NCBI GenBank assembly: GCA_964464915.1
Contig: CAYXHD010000001.1
Location: forward strand, 1-56,655
Length of the DNA: 56,655 nt
DNA from: an uncultured Candidatus Saccharibacteria bacterium
GTDB taxonomy: Bacteria > Patescibacteriota > Saccharimonadia > UBA4664 > CAYXHD01
Direction of reading: 5' to 3'
Shown: positions 17,203 through 26,562 of the stretch, piece by piece
Position numbering within the stretch: the stretch's first letter is position 1
Layout: every line of letters starts with the position of its first letter
Program-made: the position numbers and the translations under genes
Notes under the pieces: model-generated
The model's database searches: none
Told to the model about the DNA's origin: nothing
The model's input: only the letters and a program-made list of their open reading frames with translations

Positions 17203-17859
17203 ATGATTACGCTTGAGGGCAAAAAAGAAAGTCACGAATGCCCCGAATTTACCCCGCAGCGCATCTTTGAGCAGGGCTATTTTCACCCCATCACATGCCT
17301 CATCCCTACCCAGTGGCTTAGGGATGTGAGTGGTTTTGATGATACAATGATGACATGGGAAGATGTTGATTTGTTTATGAAACTCATTAGTGCCGGGTAC
17401 TGTGGCACACGAGTCAGTGAACCGCTTTTACTCTACCGTTATACTACCGGGTCATTGCGTGAAGCCGGATACGCGAAAGTAGATGAGTTAAAGGGCTTTT
17501 TTAGAGAACGTTATAAGCCTTATATTGTGGAAGGAAAACAGGTTGTGTGTGGATGTTCAGGCCGTCAAAAACAGGCGCAACAAAATACTGTAACCACTAG
17601 CGCGGCCTCTACCGACGTCGGTAAACATGGCCCGATGGTACTCGTAGAATACACCAGCAAAGCCAAAGCACCTGCGCCAGTAGTGGGGAGTGTCACCCGT
17701 CAAAACTATGGAAGTCGTACACCGGGCGATACCTTTTATGTATACGTCAAGGACGCCGCTGCCGCACCATCGATGTTTAGTGCGGTACAAACGATTGAAC
17801 CGCCCAAAGTGGAGCGCATCGCACCACCTGAGCCTAGACTATTGCAGGAGTTTGCATGA
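17203..17859 (+). CDS. C-terminal half of the split GT2 domain plus an uncharacterised C-terminal domain (218 aa if translated separately)
   Basis: Same reading frame as 15196..17184, separated only by the TAG at 17182 and 6 sense codons. WEDVDLFMKLISAGY...LLLYRY is the GT2 C-terminal region. Carries palindrome copy 17610. Confidence 0.6.
   Translation: MITLEGKKESHECPEFTPQRIFEQGYFHPITCLIPTQWLRDVSGFDDTMMTWEDVDLFMKLISAGYCGTRVSEPLLLYRYTTGSLREAGYAKVDELKGFFRERYKPYIVEGKQVVCGCSGRQKQAQQNTVTTSAASTDVGKHGPMVLVEYTSKAKAPAPVVGSVTRQNYGSRTPGDTFYVYVKDAAAAPSMFSAVQTIEPPKVERIAPPEPRLLQEFA
17610..17625. repeat. palindrome family copy
   Basis: TACCGACGTCGGTAAA, as S-T-D-V-G-K in a Ser/Thr/Ala linker. Confidence 0.8.
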
Positions 17860-18170
17860 CGCCCATCGAGTTGATTACGGGTATTCTCCTAACGTGGTGG
17901 GTTGCCAAACTCATCAGTCAGGAATATGGCCCTGCGGGTGTTTTTATGCGCCTACGTTACGCCGTAGGGATACGCTACGACGAATACAGCACGGTAGTGT
18001 ATAAAAACGAACTAGCGCACCTTGTCGGCTGTATCCGCTGTCTATCCGTTTGGGTGGGGTGGGCAGTGTCTTTTTTTATCCTAGATTCTAGTTCTATAAT
18101 AAACGTGCTATCATATGGGTTAGTGTTTTCTGCTGGCGCGGTTGTTTTAGAGGAATGGCTAAATAAATGA
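17856..18170 (+). CDS. small membrane protein, DUF1360-like (104 aa)
   Basis: ATGA overlap. Hydrophobic helices and a C-x-x-C-x-S-V-W motif. Confidence 0.5.
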   Translation: MTPIELITGILLTWWVAKLISQEYGPAGVFMRLRYAVGIRYDEYSTVVYKNELAHLVGCIRCLSVWVGWAVSFFILDSSSIINVLSYGLVFSAGAVVLEEWLNK

Positions 18171-19393
18171 GAGCGAATACACCTACCCTACTCCCACTCG
18201 ATCAATTTAGCGAAATTATCGGGATGCACCCGTTTTATGCGAATCAGTTTGGCACAAACATCCCGGCGCGTTCGCGTGGTCAATGTCAGTCAGTCCTCTA
18301 TCAGGACATCTGGCAGGATAGCGACAATATCAGTCGGGAAGAAATAGCGCAATCTATCGCACTTGCCGAGCAGCGTTTTTTTGAATTAGCGGGGTATTGG
18401 CCTGCACCCAAGTACATCACAACCGAACGACACGATTACCCGAAATACTACGATAAACGTTATGTGAATAGCTACACTCAACCCGACTGGCGTTATAAAT
18501 CCATCAAAACCAAGTCAGGCTATATTCAAAGTGTCGGAACCGAGACACTCACGGCGGTTGACTTGTCGGTTGCTATTACCGCACAGGATTATGATAACGA
18601 TGGTTTTGATGAGGCGTTTAGTGCTACGGTAGCAGTTGCGGCGGGTACTGACCCTAGTACAATTGCGGTGTTTTTTACCGCTGCTGATAGACCACTCGAT
18701 GCGGTGTTAGCTAATTGGGAGATTCGCCCCGTCAGTGTAAGTGTAACGGGCGCGGTGGCGACCATCATCGGTGGATTGTATTTGCTGACGCTACCTAACC
18801 TAGAACTCGAATACGCTCCCCAACCTTTAGACGCGGTAGACGTAACCAATTATGTAACGGAAGTTGAAGTCTACTATCGCACCACTGACACCAGCGATAC
18901 AGGCTCACTCATTTGGGAGCGTGTCTTAGAGGGTTGTTATGAGGGTACAAGCCCCTGTGACGTGGTAGTCGATACGGCGTGTTGGATTGCACGTGATAAA
19001 GATAGCGGCTGGCTTGCGCCTGTACCTGCTCAGTGGGATGCGGATACGAGTACGTTTGCTGTTTCATGTCCAACGATTTGTTATAGACCACCCGACCGCG
19101 TGACGTTGAATTACTTAGCAGGTTATCCGCGTCAGGCTAATGGTAAAATGAATAACACAATGGCTAAGATTGTGAGCTTGATTGCAGTCAACTATCTACC
19201 CAACCGTAAGTGCGGTTGTGACCGGGTAGATATGCGGCTTGAGTTTTGGCGTCAATACCCCTCCGATGGGCAGGGCAACGTCTTTATAACCCCGGAACAA
19301 GCTAATAATCCACTTGGTTCAAGTCGGGGGTTAATTGAGGCGTGGAATCTACTGTATCCGATTATCCAATATCAGGGCATAGCGGTGTTCTAA
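18167..19393 (+). CDS. hypothetical structural-module protein (408 aa)
   Basis: ATGA overlap. Located between the glycosylation island and the tail genes. Confidence 0.55.
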   Translation: MRANTPTLLPLDQFSEIIGMHPFYANQFGTNIPARSRGQCQSVLYQDIWQDSDNISREEIAQSIALAEQRFFELAGYWPAPKYITTERHDYPKYYDKRYVNSYTQPDWRYKSIKTKSGYIQSVGTETLTAVDLSVAITAQDYDNDGFDEAFSATVAVAAGTDPSTIAVFFTAADRPLDAVLANWEIRPVSVSVTGAVATIIGGLYLLTLPNLELEYAPQPLDAVDVTNYVTEVEVYYRTTDTSDTGSLIWERVLEGCYEGTSPCDVVVDTACWIARDKDSGWLAPVPAQWDADTSTFAVSCPTICYRPPDRVTLNYLAGYPRQANGKMNNTMAKIVSLIAVNYLPNRKCGCDRVDMRLEFWRQYPSDGQGNVFITPEQANNPLGSSRGLIEAWNLLYPIIQYQGIAVF

Positions 19394-19578
19394 TGGATAC
19401 AGAACTAATTCTTGTTCTCTTTGTTCCAGCGACGGTACTCATAATCGGATTTCTCATCTTTAGCTATCTAATAGGTGGTCTAATAATTGGATTGGCGGTT
19501 GTCGGCGCGGTCATTGGTGGAGTTGGTATATTTTTGCTTTATATCAAGCTGTTATCTCTACTGGGTGTAATTGATTAA
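19393..19578 (+). CDS. small membrane protein with two hydrophobic helices (61 aa)
   Basis: TAATG overlap start. Almost entirely hydrophobic. Confidence 0.5.
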   Translation: MDTELILVLFVPATVLIIGFLIFSYLIGGLIIGLAVVGAVIGGVGIFLLYIKLLSLLGVID

Positions 19579-19580
19579 CG

Positions 19581-19598
19581 TTTACCGTCATCGGTAAA
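19581..19598. repeat. palindrome family copy, intergenic
   Basis: TTTACCGTCATCGGTAAA, 2 nt after a stop and 3 nt before the -35 of the tail promoter. Confidence 0.8.
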
Positions 19599-19601
19599 TA
19601 G

Positions 19602-19630
19602 TTTACAGCTAGAGTAATTCTTGATACACT
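19602..19630 (+). promoter_or_regulatory. sigma70-like promoter of the tail operon
   Basis: TTTACA-17-TACACT. Palindrome copy 19581..19598 ends 3 nt upstream of the -35. Confidence 0.5.
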
Positions 19631-19647
19631 GTTATTGAGGTAGAATA

Positions 19648-19950
19648 ATGACAAAAACGGTTGACACGGTTTTAAATGGAAAAAAACAGCGGGTATTATT
19701 GCCCGATGATGCACCCGTTGACCATGCCGATAAAGGCATTCCGGTCAATGTGGATTTAAGCGCCCTATATCCTGAGCCACTATGCAGCAAAATTGAAAAG
19801 GCGTTATGGGATAGAGGGCTGGTGACACCCGACGATTTTAGACGCGGGGATGCTGGCGTGTTAGTGCGTAGCGCCTTAACCGCCGTATTGAAATACGACG
19901 TAAACGACATCTTGAGATATGTCTTAGAAGGGAATACAGACAATGGCTGA
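19648..19950 (+). CDS. hypothetical protein (100 aa)
   Basis: GAGG 7 nt upstream. Confidence 0.55.
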   Translation: MTKTVDTVLNGKKQRVLLPDDAPVDHADKGIPVNVDLSALYPEPLCSKIEKALWDRGLVTPDDFRRGDAGVLVRSALTAVLKYDVNDILRYVLEGNTDNG

Positions 19951-21436
19951 TAGTTTACTCATTACCAAGCAAGGCGAAGTTTCAAGTTTCGCTTTTGCGG
20001 AAACGAACCCAGACGAATTACCGGGTTATCTTGGCGGGTGTTTGGCGCTACAAAGTCTAAGCCAAGAGAAGGGTGATCGTACCCCTATCTTCTGCAAAGA
20101 CCCTAGCATCGCCAACAAATACAACATTGTGGACTATCAACTAGGCGCTCCGAGTCTAGGTGAGACGTCCATTCTCGAAAAACTACCGCGTAACGTTGCG
20201 GCCTACGTGTATGAACTGTTCCAACGTAATTGCCCCAACGTCATCCTCAACAAAATTGGCAATTGCGGACGCCCGGATGACCTTTCGCAATTTGAAAGTA
20301 TTCTCGCAGTTGAGGGCTTGACCTCCACTAACATCGAATTTAGCGAACTGCAAAGCCTAGCAGGTGAGTCGAATGAAGTCACCGTGACAGGTAACGCTAA
20401 CTTCGTGCGGTTTGGATTCTTTTTCCCGGTCAAGCTAGGCGAAAAAGCCGATGCGACGGTTGTGGCTGAGGTGTTGGATATTATCTACGCTGATGCTGAA
20501 TCCTGTGGGGATTGCGGGGTTGCAAGTGATGGTTGTGAGAAGATTTACGCCATTACCCGCGCGAATACAGGCTCCCCCGGCCTAAGTGGTCAACTGATTT
20601 ACACTACCGATGGCTGGGCAACCAATACCGGGGTTGATATTCAACCTTTAGGCGGTCGTGACCCTAATCGTATTGCGGCAGTCGGCAAGTACCTAGTTGT
20701 GGTATCCGAGGCCGATGGGTCGATGGTCTACACCCTCAAATCGAGTATCAGCAGCACTTCATGGACGCGGGTTACATCCGGTTTTGTCGTCGGGGCAAGC
20801 CCACGCGCTATCTATGCACAGGCGACCAATCGCGTCTTTATCGTCGGTCAGGGTGGGTACATCTACCTGAGTACCAATGTCACCAGCGGCGTGAGTGTTT
20901 CACAGGATAACAGCCTAACAACCCAACGTGGCAATGACATTCATGGCATCGGTCAAACGGTTGTCTCAGTTCACAATTCAAACGCCATTCAGGTTAGCCA
21001 AAATCTAGGCGGTTCATGGTCACTCGTGACCGGCCCGGCGGTTGGGGTTAATCTGACGTGTGTTGCGGTGCGTAGCTCACAGGAATGGTATGTTGGCACG
21101 GCTAACGGTCGTCTGTACTACACCAAAGATGGTGGTACGACATGGACACAACGTAACCTCCCCAATCAAAGCAATTTGGTCATAGTCAACCGCATCAAGT
21201 TTAGTCCTGACAGTCCATTGCATGGGATTATTGCGGTAGAAGATAACGCACGCGGCTATTTATTCCGTAGTTTTACGGGCGGACGTGAATGGTACGATAG
21301 TGCGCCAGCCATTACCACCTCATCGAGTGCAACCCCCCGGCGGTTTAACGGGGTGACATTGTGTGGATACAATGACATCAACGCGGGTGGACTCGAATCC
21401 GGCGGCACTGATGGTCTGATTGTGGCAGGTGAATAA
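19943..21436 (+). CDS. putative major tail (tube) protein with C-terminal Asp-box/BNR-like beta-propeller region (497 aa)
   Basis: Lies immediately upstream of the chaperone pair and tape measure. C-terminal half has YTTDGWAT, SQNLGGSWS, YTKDGGTTWTQ and FTGGREWYD. Confidence 0.45.
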   Translation: MADSLLITKQGEVSSFAFAETNPDELPGYLGGCLALQSLSQEKGDRTPIFCKDPSIANKYNIVDYQLGAPSLGETSILEKLPRNVAAYVYELFQRNCPNVILNKIGNCGRPDDLSQFESILAVEGLTSTNIEFSELQSLAGESNEVTVTGNANFVRFGFFFPVKLGEKADATVVAEVLDIIYADAESCGDCGVASDGCEKIYAITRANTGSPGLSGQLIYTTDGWATNTGVDIQPLGGRDPNRIAAVGKYLVVVSEADGSMVYTLKSSISSTSWTRVTSGFVVGASPRAIYAQATNRVFIVGQGGYIYLSTNVTSGVSVSQDNSLTTQRGNDIHGIGQTVVSVHNSNAIQVSQNLGGSWSLVTGPAVGVNLTCVAVRSSQEWYVGTANGRLYYTKDGGTTWTQRNLPNQSNLVIVNRIKFSPDSPLHGIIAVEDNARGYLFRSFTGGREWYDSAPAITTSSSATPRRFNGVTLCGYNDINAGGLESGGTDGLIVAGE

Positions 21437-22008
21437 TGGCTGATTTTGAAGCCGACTTCCTGAGCCATATTGATATTGATAAAAACGGGCAACGGTTTTT
21501 TACAACCGATGAGGGCGTAAAAATCGCCCTCCGGCCCATTTCAAAGGTACATATGCAACGTTGGCAAATCGAATTTGATAAAGCCTACCCTGCGCCTGTA
21601 CCACCCGTGATTGAGGTTGAGGTTGGCATTGGCGCGAAAAAAGAAAAGATGTACCAAGTCAACGCCAACGAACCTTACTACCTTGACTTGGTGGGTAAAC
21701 ATGAAACCATCAAGGGCTATGAGATGCAAATGTTCCTGATTCGCATGGGAACCAACACACCAGCCCCAGCCGATTACGCGACGATGTTCCCGTGTGAAGA
21801 TGAGACAGAACGCCGCCTCGACTATATTTCGAGTTTGCTCTTGACTGACCATGATATTGAGTATTTTATTCAGGCGGTCATTAGCCAAACTGATATAACG
21901 AATGAGGCGCTTAATGCAAGCGCGGCCCGATTTCCAAGCAACGGTGCAGGGTCAGAACGCTTATCAGTACCAGTTCTGGCACAAGCCGGACAAGATTATC
22001 CGCGTTAG
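21436..22008 (+). CDS. tail assembly chaperone (gpG-like position)
   Basis: Synteny between the tube candidate and the tape measure. TAATG coupling. Confidence 0.5.
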   Translation: MADFEADFLSHIDIDKNGQRFFTTDEGVKIALRPISKVHMQRWQIEFDKAYPAPVPPVIEVEVGIGAKKEKMYQVNANEPYYLDLVGKHETIKGYEMQMFLIRMGTNTPAPADYATMFPCEDETERRLDYISSLLLTDHDIEYFIQAVISQTDITNEALNASAARFPSNGAGSERLSVPVLAQAGQDYPR

Positions 22009-22213
22009 TACCGACCTTGAGGAATGGCAAGCGGCGACATGGGCGGGGTTGAGTCGTAATGAGTATCTAGCCCTACCCGGCGCGTATTGGTGGTTAACTG
22101 AGGATTCACCGAGTCAGGATAGTAAAAGTGATGTGATAGCGGCCTATCGCCTGATGAAACTTTTGGAAGTCATTGAAATGGATAGGCCGCCACTACCCAA
22201 AAAAGGTAAATAA
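21902..22213 (+). CDS. tail assembly chaperone, overlapping downstream frame (gpT-like position)
   Basis: Overlaps the upstream ORF by 107 nt in the +1 frame. No RBS before its ATG. The frame opens at 21899. Confidence 0.4.
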   Translation: MRRLMQARPDFQATVQGQNAYQYQFWHKPDKIIRVSTDLEEWQAATWAGLSRNEYLALPGAYWWLTEDSPSQDSKSDVIAAYRLMKLLEVIEMDRPPLPKKGK

Positions 22214-22215
22214 CG

Positions 22216-25200
22216 ATGGCTTTACCAGAAGTAGGCGTTAGTGTAGTTGCAAAGGGAGCAGATACCGCATCTAAGCAGTTATCTGCTTTTAACCGTTCGG
22301 TTGCCTCTACCCAAACCGCCGTACAAAAAGCCGCCTCTAAATCCGGTATCGGTCAACTCGATAGCGCCGCCTCAAGTGCTACTGGTTCGGTTGGTGGGTT
22401 AAGTGGTGCGTTTGGTGGTCTATCGGGTAAACTTGCCATCGCGTCTGTCGCATTTGCGGGTGTCACCGCCGCCATGAGTCAGGGTATCGGCCTGATTAAA
22501 CAAACCATCAGTCTCATTACCAATCTAGCCAAACAAGCCTCTACGATTGAATCGGTAGGCCGGGCGTTCGGTAATATCTTTGCCGGGGCAGGTGATTCTA
22601 ATAACATCCTTGCTGAATTACGCAAACAGGTTAAAGGTACAATCTCCGATGTGGAGTTGATGCGTTTAGCGGTTGCGGGGTTGCAAGGGACTGACCAAGA
22701 ATTTAGAAAAATTGTCGGTTCCCAATTCGGCCTCATCCTAGATGCTACCCAGCGAGTCGCACAGGCGACAGGGCAAAGCGCTGAGGTGGTACGCGAAAAG
22801 TTTCTGTTAGGGTTACGCCGTCAATCTAAACTATTGTTGGATGATGTAGGTGTGGTAGTCGAGGCCGAAAAAGCCTATGATGCCTACGCTAAACAACTAG
22901 GTAAATCGGCCAGTGCGTTAACCGATATGGAAAAACGCGCCGCGTTTGCTCAGGAAGCTTTACGCCAGCTTAATAGTATTTCGAGTGAGTTAGGTGAACG
23001 CAATACCCTAGCCGATTCGTTTGGGCAAATTAGCGCGGCTTTTCAGAACATCAAAGATATTTTTGTAACCGCTGTTAAACCTAACTTTGAGGCGTTTTTT
23101 AGCATCATCGCTCGAATTGCAACCGCCTTACAAAGCGCCTTTCGTGAGATTGCGCCTATTTTCCGAGAAATAGCCAATGTCATGAGTGGGCTTGTGTTAG
23201 CAGCGTTTAGTCAATTTGAGATGGCCCTGCGCGGCCTAGAACCATTGTGGAATAACCTACGGGTCATTCTGCCCTACATTGCGGCACTAATTAGAATCGT
23301 AGGCAATGCCTTTATCGAAGTCGTCAACATCATCGGGCGTTTGGTACAACCGATTTTTGCAAAGTTTTTTGGTGGCTTAGGTACACTTAGCGAAAAAGGC
23401 TTTGCTGATTTGGCCTATCGTTTTGCACGCGGCGCGGGGCGTATCGTCGGGGCGTTTGCGAAAGGTTTTGCCGATGGCGCGAAGTACGTCTTACAGGCTG
23501 TAACCCTCATTGCTCAGATTGTAGCTGACTTCTTAGAAGGGTTTAGCCCACCCAAAAAAGGCCCACTCAAGGATATTGATAAGGGTGCTACGCGGGTTGC
23601 TGAGGCGTGGGCAGATGGTTTTGCAATGATGGATTTAGAGCCTGTGGATAACGTGTTAGCACAGGTAAACGCCCGATTGGGTGATATTGGTAACTTTACC
23701 CGTGAGCAAGTCGCCAGCCGTCTTGAGGCGCTTGATTTAGCCATTCGTCCGTTTGTGGAGCAACTCGACATTGTAAAAGCTGACTTTGAGGCTATCGCTG
23801 GTTTTGCCGACCCGGCCTTAAAAGCCATTGACCGCCAACGCTCACGACTTCTACAACTGGCAGGTAAAGGTTCACTCATTGACATCAACCAACTGAGGGC
23901 GCTCGATAGTCAGTCGGACATCCTGAGTAACATACGCGATACCTCACAGGACGCGGTGGATAATGCTCAAATTCAACTCGCGTTAGCATCGGCCCAACAA
24001 GCGCAGGAACGCGCCTTACTCAACATTCAAAAGAAACGACTGGGTGAGGCTGAAAAGATAACCGCTGAAAGTGGCTCAGGTGCGACTAGTCCGACCACTG
24101 GCGGTACAGGTACACCCACCGCAACGGGTGAAACTGGCGCGGGTATCCCCATCGGGGGTGGAATGCCTGACCTAATTGATAGTAGCGCGGTTGATGCGGC
24201 GGTTGGGGTGTTGACTGATGGATTTCAAAAAGGATTAGCTGATAGCGGCGCGCTAGAAGCCATTGCAGGCGCGGCGTCTCAATTAGGTGAGTTACAAAAA
24301 CAAACTGCACGAATTAAAAAGGCTGATCCAGCAGCAAAACTTACCAAAAAATTTGAGACATTAAAAGATAATCTCAGTAAGCCTTTTAAAGATGCTCAAA
24401 TAGCTATTGAGTCGGTACTCGATAATCTGTCTATTGCTTTTGATGCTTTCGGATTAGTGGTGGATGCGTTAAAAGTCAAGTTTATGGAACAGCTACCTGT
24501 TGCAGTAGGTATATTTTCAACCGCTATCAATGCCATATTGACGCCTGATTTGTCAGGTATTGCGAACACCATTACCAATACTTTGTTGCCCAAACTCACT
24601 AGCCTGAGTAACTTTATGGGGTTAACCCTCCCGTTTTCAACCGGGTTATTTAAAACCGGGTTATTGACAAACGTCATCAATCAATTGTTAGACCTCAATA
24701 ACTGGTGGACAGTAACATTTAAGCCATCTTTTGAGGCCATTGAAACATTTTTTGATACTGCTTTTCCGGCGGCATTTGCAATTTTTAGTATAGATTTGTT
24801 GGATGATGTTATTACGCCACTTCTTGACCTTGCAACAGACATTATTGATACCGTAGAACCTGCATTTAAAACATTGTCTGATTTTATTAGTGTTACCTTT
24901 GGCCCAATAGTCAGTACATTTAAGGATACGGTACTCACGCCCATCATAGGTGTATTTGATGGCCTTTATACATCAGTTGATAAAGTGTTGGGTGTAATAC
25001 GTGATTTGGCCGGGGCGTTTAGTGGGTTGCCATCCGGTGCGATTGATTTAGTAATTGGTGCGGCGGGTGGACTCTTAGGACTAGCCACAGGCGCACTCGG
25101 TTTTAGTGGCCCGGCGATTGTCGGGGAAAATGGCCCTGAGTTAGTGATACCATCTAAAGCGGGTCAAAAGTATGATGTATTCCCCGCCGCTGCAACGCGC

Positions 25201-25401
25201 GCCTTACAGCAAATGGCCTATTTCATGCCTGAAAGTATCATGCCGCAAGGCTCAACTCAATATGGTTATGGCAATTCGAGTAATTCAACCAATATTGATA
25301 ACAGCCACAATGCCAATCTAGGCGGGGTGAGTATTCAGGTCAATAGTCCCCAAGAGGCGTTATGGGTCAAGCGCCAACTCCTCGCCCAGTACGGAGTATA
25401 A
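22216..25401 (+). CDS. tape measure protein (1061 aa)
   Basis: Size, Ala/Gly/Leu-rich helical composition, and C-terminal GENGPELVIPS motif. Confidence 0.85.
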   Translation: MALPEVGVSVVAKGADTASKQLSAFNRSVASTQTAVQKAASKSGIGQLDSAASSATGSVGGLSGAFGGLSGKLAIASVAFAGVTAAMSQGIGLIKQTISLITNLAKQASTIESVGRAFGNIFAGAGDSNNILAELRKQVKGTISDVELMRLAVAGLQGTDQEFRKIVGSQFGLILDATQRVAQATGQSAEVVREKFLLGLRRQSKLLLDDVGVVVEAEKAYDAYAKQLGKSASALTDMEKRAAFAQEALRQLNSISSELGERNTLADSFGQISAAFQNIKDIFVTAVKPNFEAFFSIIARIATALQSAFREIAPIFREIANVMSGLVLAAFSQFEMALRGLEPLWNNLRVILPYIAALIRIVGNAFIEVVNIIGRLVQPIFAKFFGGLGTLSEKGFADLAYRFARGAGRIVGAFAKGFADGAKYVLQAVTLIAQIVADFLEGFSPPKKGPLKDIDKGATRVAEAWADGFAMMDLEPVDNVLAQVNARLGDIGNFTREQVASRLEALDLAIRPFVEQLDIVKADFEAIAGFADPALKAIDRQRSRLLQLAGKGSLIDINQLRALDSQSDILSNIRDTSQDAVDNAQIQLALASAQQAQERALLNIQKKRLGEAEKITAESGSGATSPTTGGTGTPTATGETGAGIPIGGGMPDLIDSSAVDAAVGVLTDGFQKGLADSGALEAIAGAASQLGELQKQTARIKKADPAAKLTKKFETLKDNLSKPFKDAQIAIESVLDNLSIAFDAFGLVVDALKVKFMEQLPVAVGIFSTAINAILTPDLSGIANTITNTLLPKLTSLSNFMGLTLPFSTGLFKTGLLTNVINQLLDLNNWWTVTFKPSFEAIETFFDTAFPAAFAIFSIDLLDDVITPLLDLATDIIDTVEPAFKTLSDFISVTFGPIVSTFKDTVLTPIIGVFDGLYTSVDKVLGVIRDLAGAFSGLPSGAIDLVIGAAGGLLGLATGALGFSGPAIVGENGPELVIPSKAGQKYDVFPAAATRALQQMAYFMPESIMPQGSTQYGYGNSSNSTNIDNSHNANLGGVSIQVNSPQEALWVKRQLLAQYGV

Positions 25402-25404
25402 CCG

Positions 25405-26562
25405 ATGGCCTCATTTGCTGATTATCAAATTGTGATGATAGATATTGTCACCGGTGCGTTACTCGACATTATCTCACAGGATAGATGGAACGCCCTCACC
25501 TACAACCGCGTGTTAAATGATGTCTCAAAATGTGAGTTTACCGTTGCTCTATCCGACCAAAGTAGTCAGTATCGTGATTTAGATACCATCATCGAAGTGT
25601 ACCGCCGTCCTCAGGCGGGTGCATCCATGCAACGTGAACAAACGTACTTATTGCGCTATGTGAGTATCTACTATGATGAGGATACCGAAACGGAATATAT
25701 CACCCGCAGCGGTGTCAGTCCTGAGGATTTACTCAAACGGCGCATTATTGTACCTGCTGACGATCCCAACAATGCCGGGGGCTATATCAGTTATCAAGAT
25801 AACGCGGGTACGATTATGAACACGTTTGCTAGTCGCATGATGTCAACCCCAGCGGTGAATACCGATCGGGCGTTCCCGAATATGTTTTTTATCACTGATC
25901 CTTACACGGGCAATGTCATCTTCCAACGCCGCGCGTGGGAGGTGTTATTTGATGTTATTTTTGATTGCAGTCTTAAAGGTGATATTGATTTTGAGTTGTA
26001 CCGCTTTTTAGATAATACTGTTGTACCGCCTAGTTTTGTCTTTTGGCCTCATCGGGTAGGGACTGATAAATCTAAAACCGCCAACTATCCCACCCAGCCC
26101 TATATTTTGTTTACCCCACAACGCGCCAACATGCGTCAACCTGTGTTGACTCTCAATAGATTAGATGAACGTAACAGTGTATTTGTGTTGGGTCAAGGGA
26201 CTGAAGGCGCAAGGGAAGTTTTACCCGTTGCGGGGAATACCATACCCGACAGTCCCTACAATCGCATTGAAAGCACAACCGATGCACGTGATGTCAGTTA
26301 CGGGGTGACAGATGGCTTTTTAACTGCTGGTAACGCCTTTTTACAAGAGAATGAGCCACAAATTACCTTTGACTTTGTACCCGACTTGGATAGTCCACAG
26401 GGGCGTTATACGGTGGATTGGAATATAGGCGACATTGTAACCGCGCTTTATCAAGGTTATGAAGCCGATTTTAGAATTATGCAAGTGTCTGTTAGCTTGA
26501 CAGATGACAATGAAGATGTTACGGTTAGTTTATTGAAAAAATCACAATTTGAGGGCGCTTGA
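25405..26562 (+). CDS. minor tail protein (385 aa)
   Basis: Synteny after the tape measure. Confidence 0.45.
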   Translation: MASFADYQIVMIDIVTGALLDIISQDRWNALTYNRVLNDVSKCEFTVALSDQSSQYRDLDTIIEVYRRPQAGASMQREQTYLLRYVSIYYDEDTETEYITRSGVSPEDLLKRRIIVPADDPNNAGGYISYQDNAGTIMNTFASRMMSTPAVNTDRAFPNMFFITDPYTGNVIFQRRAWEVLFDVIFDCSLKGDIDFELYRFLDNTVVPPSFVFWPHRVGTDKSKTANYPTQPYILFTPQRANMRQPVLTLNRLDERNSVFVLGQGTEGAREVLPVAGNTIPDSPYNRIESTTDARDVSYGVTDGFLTAGNAFLQENEPQITFDFVPDLDSPQGRYTVDWNIGDIVTALYQGYEADFRIMQVSVSLTDDNEDVTVSLLKKSQFEGA

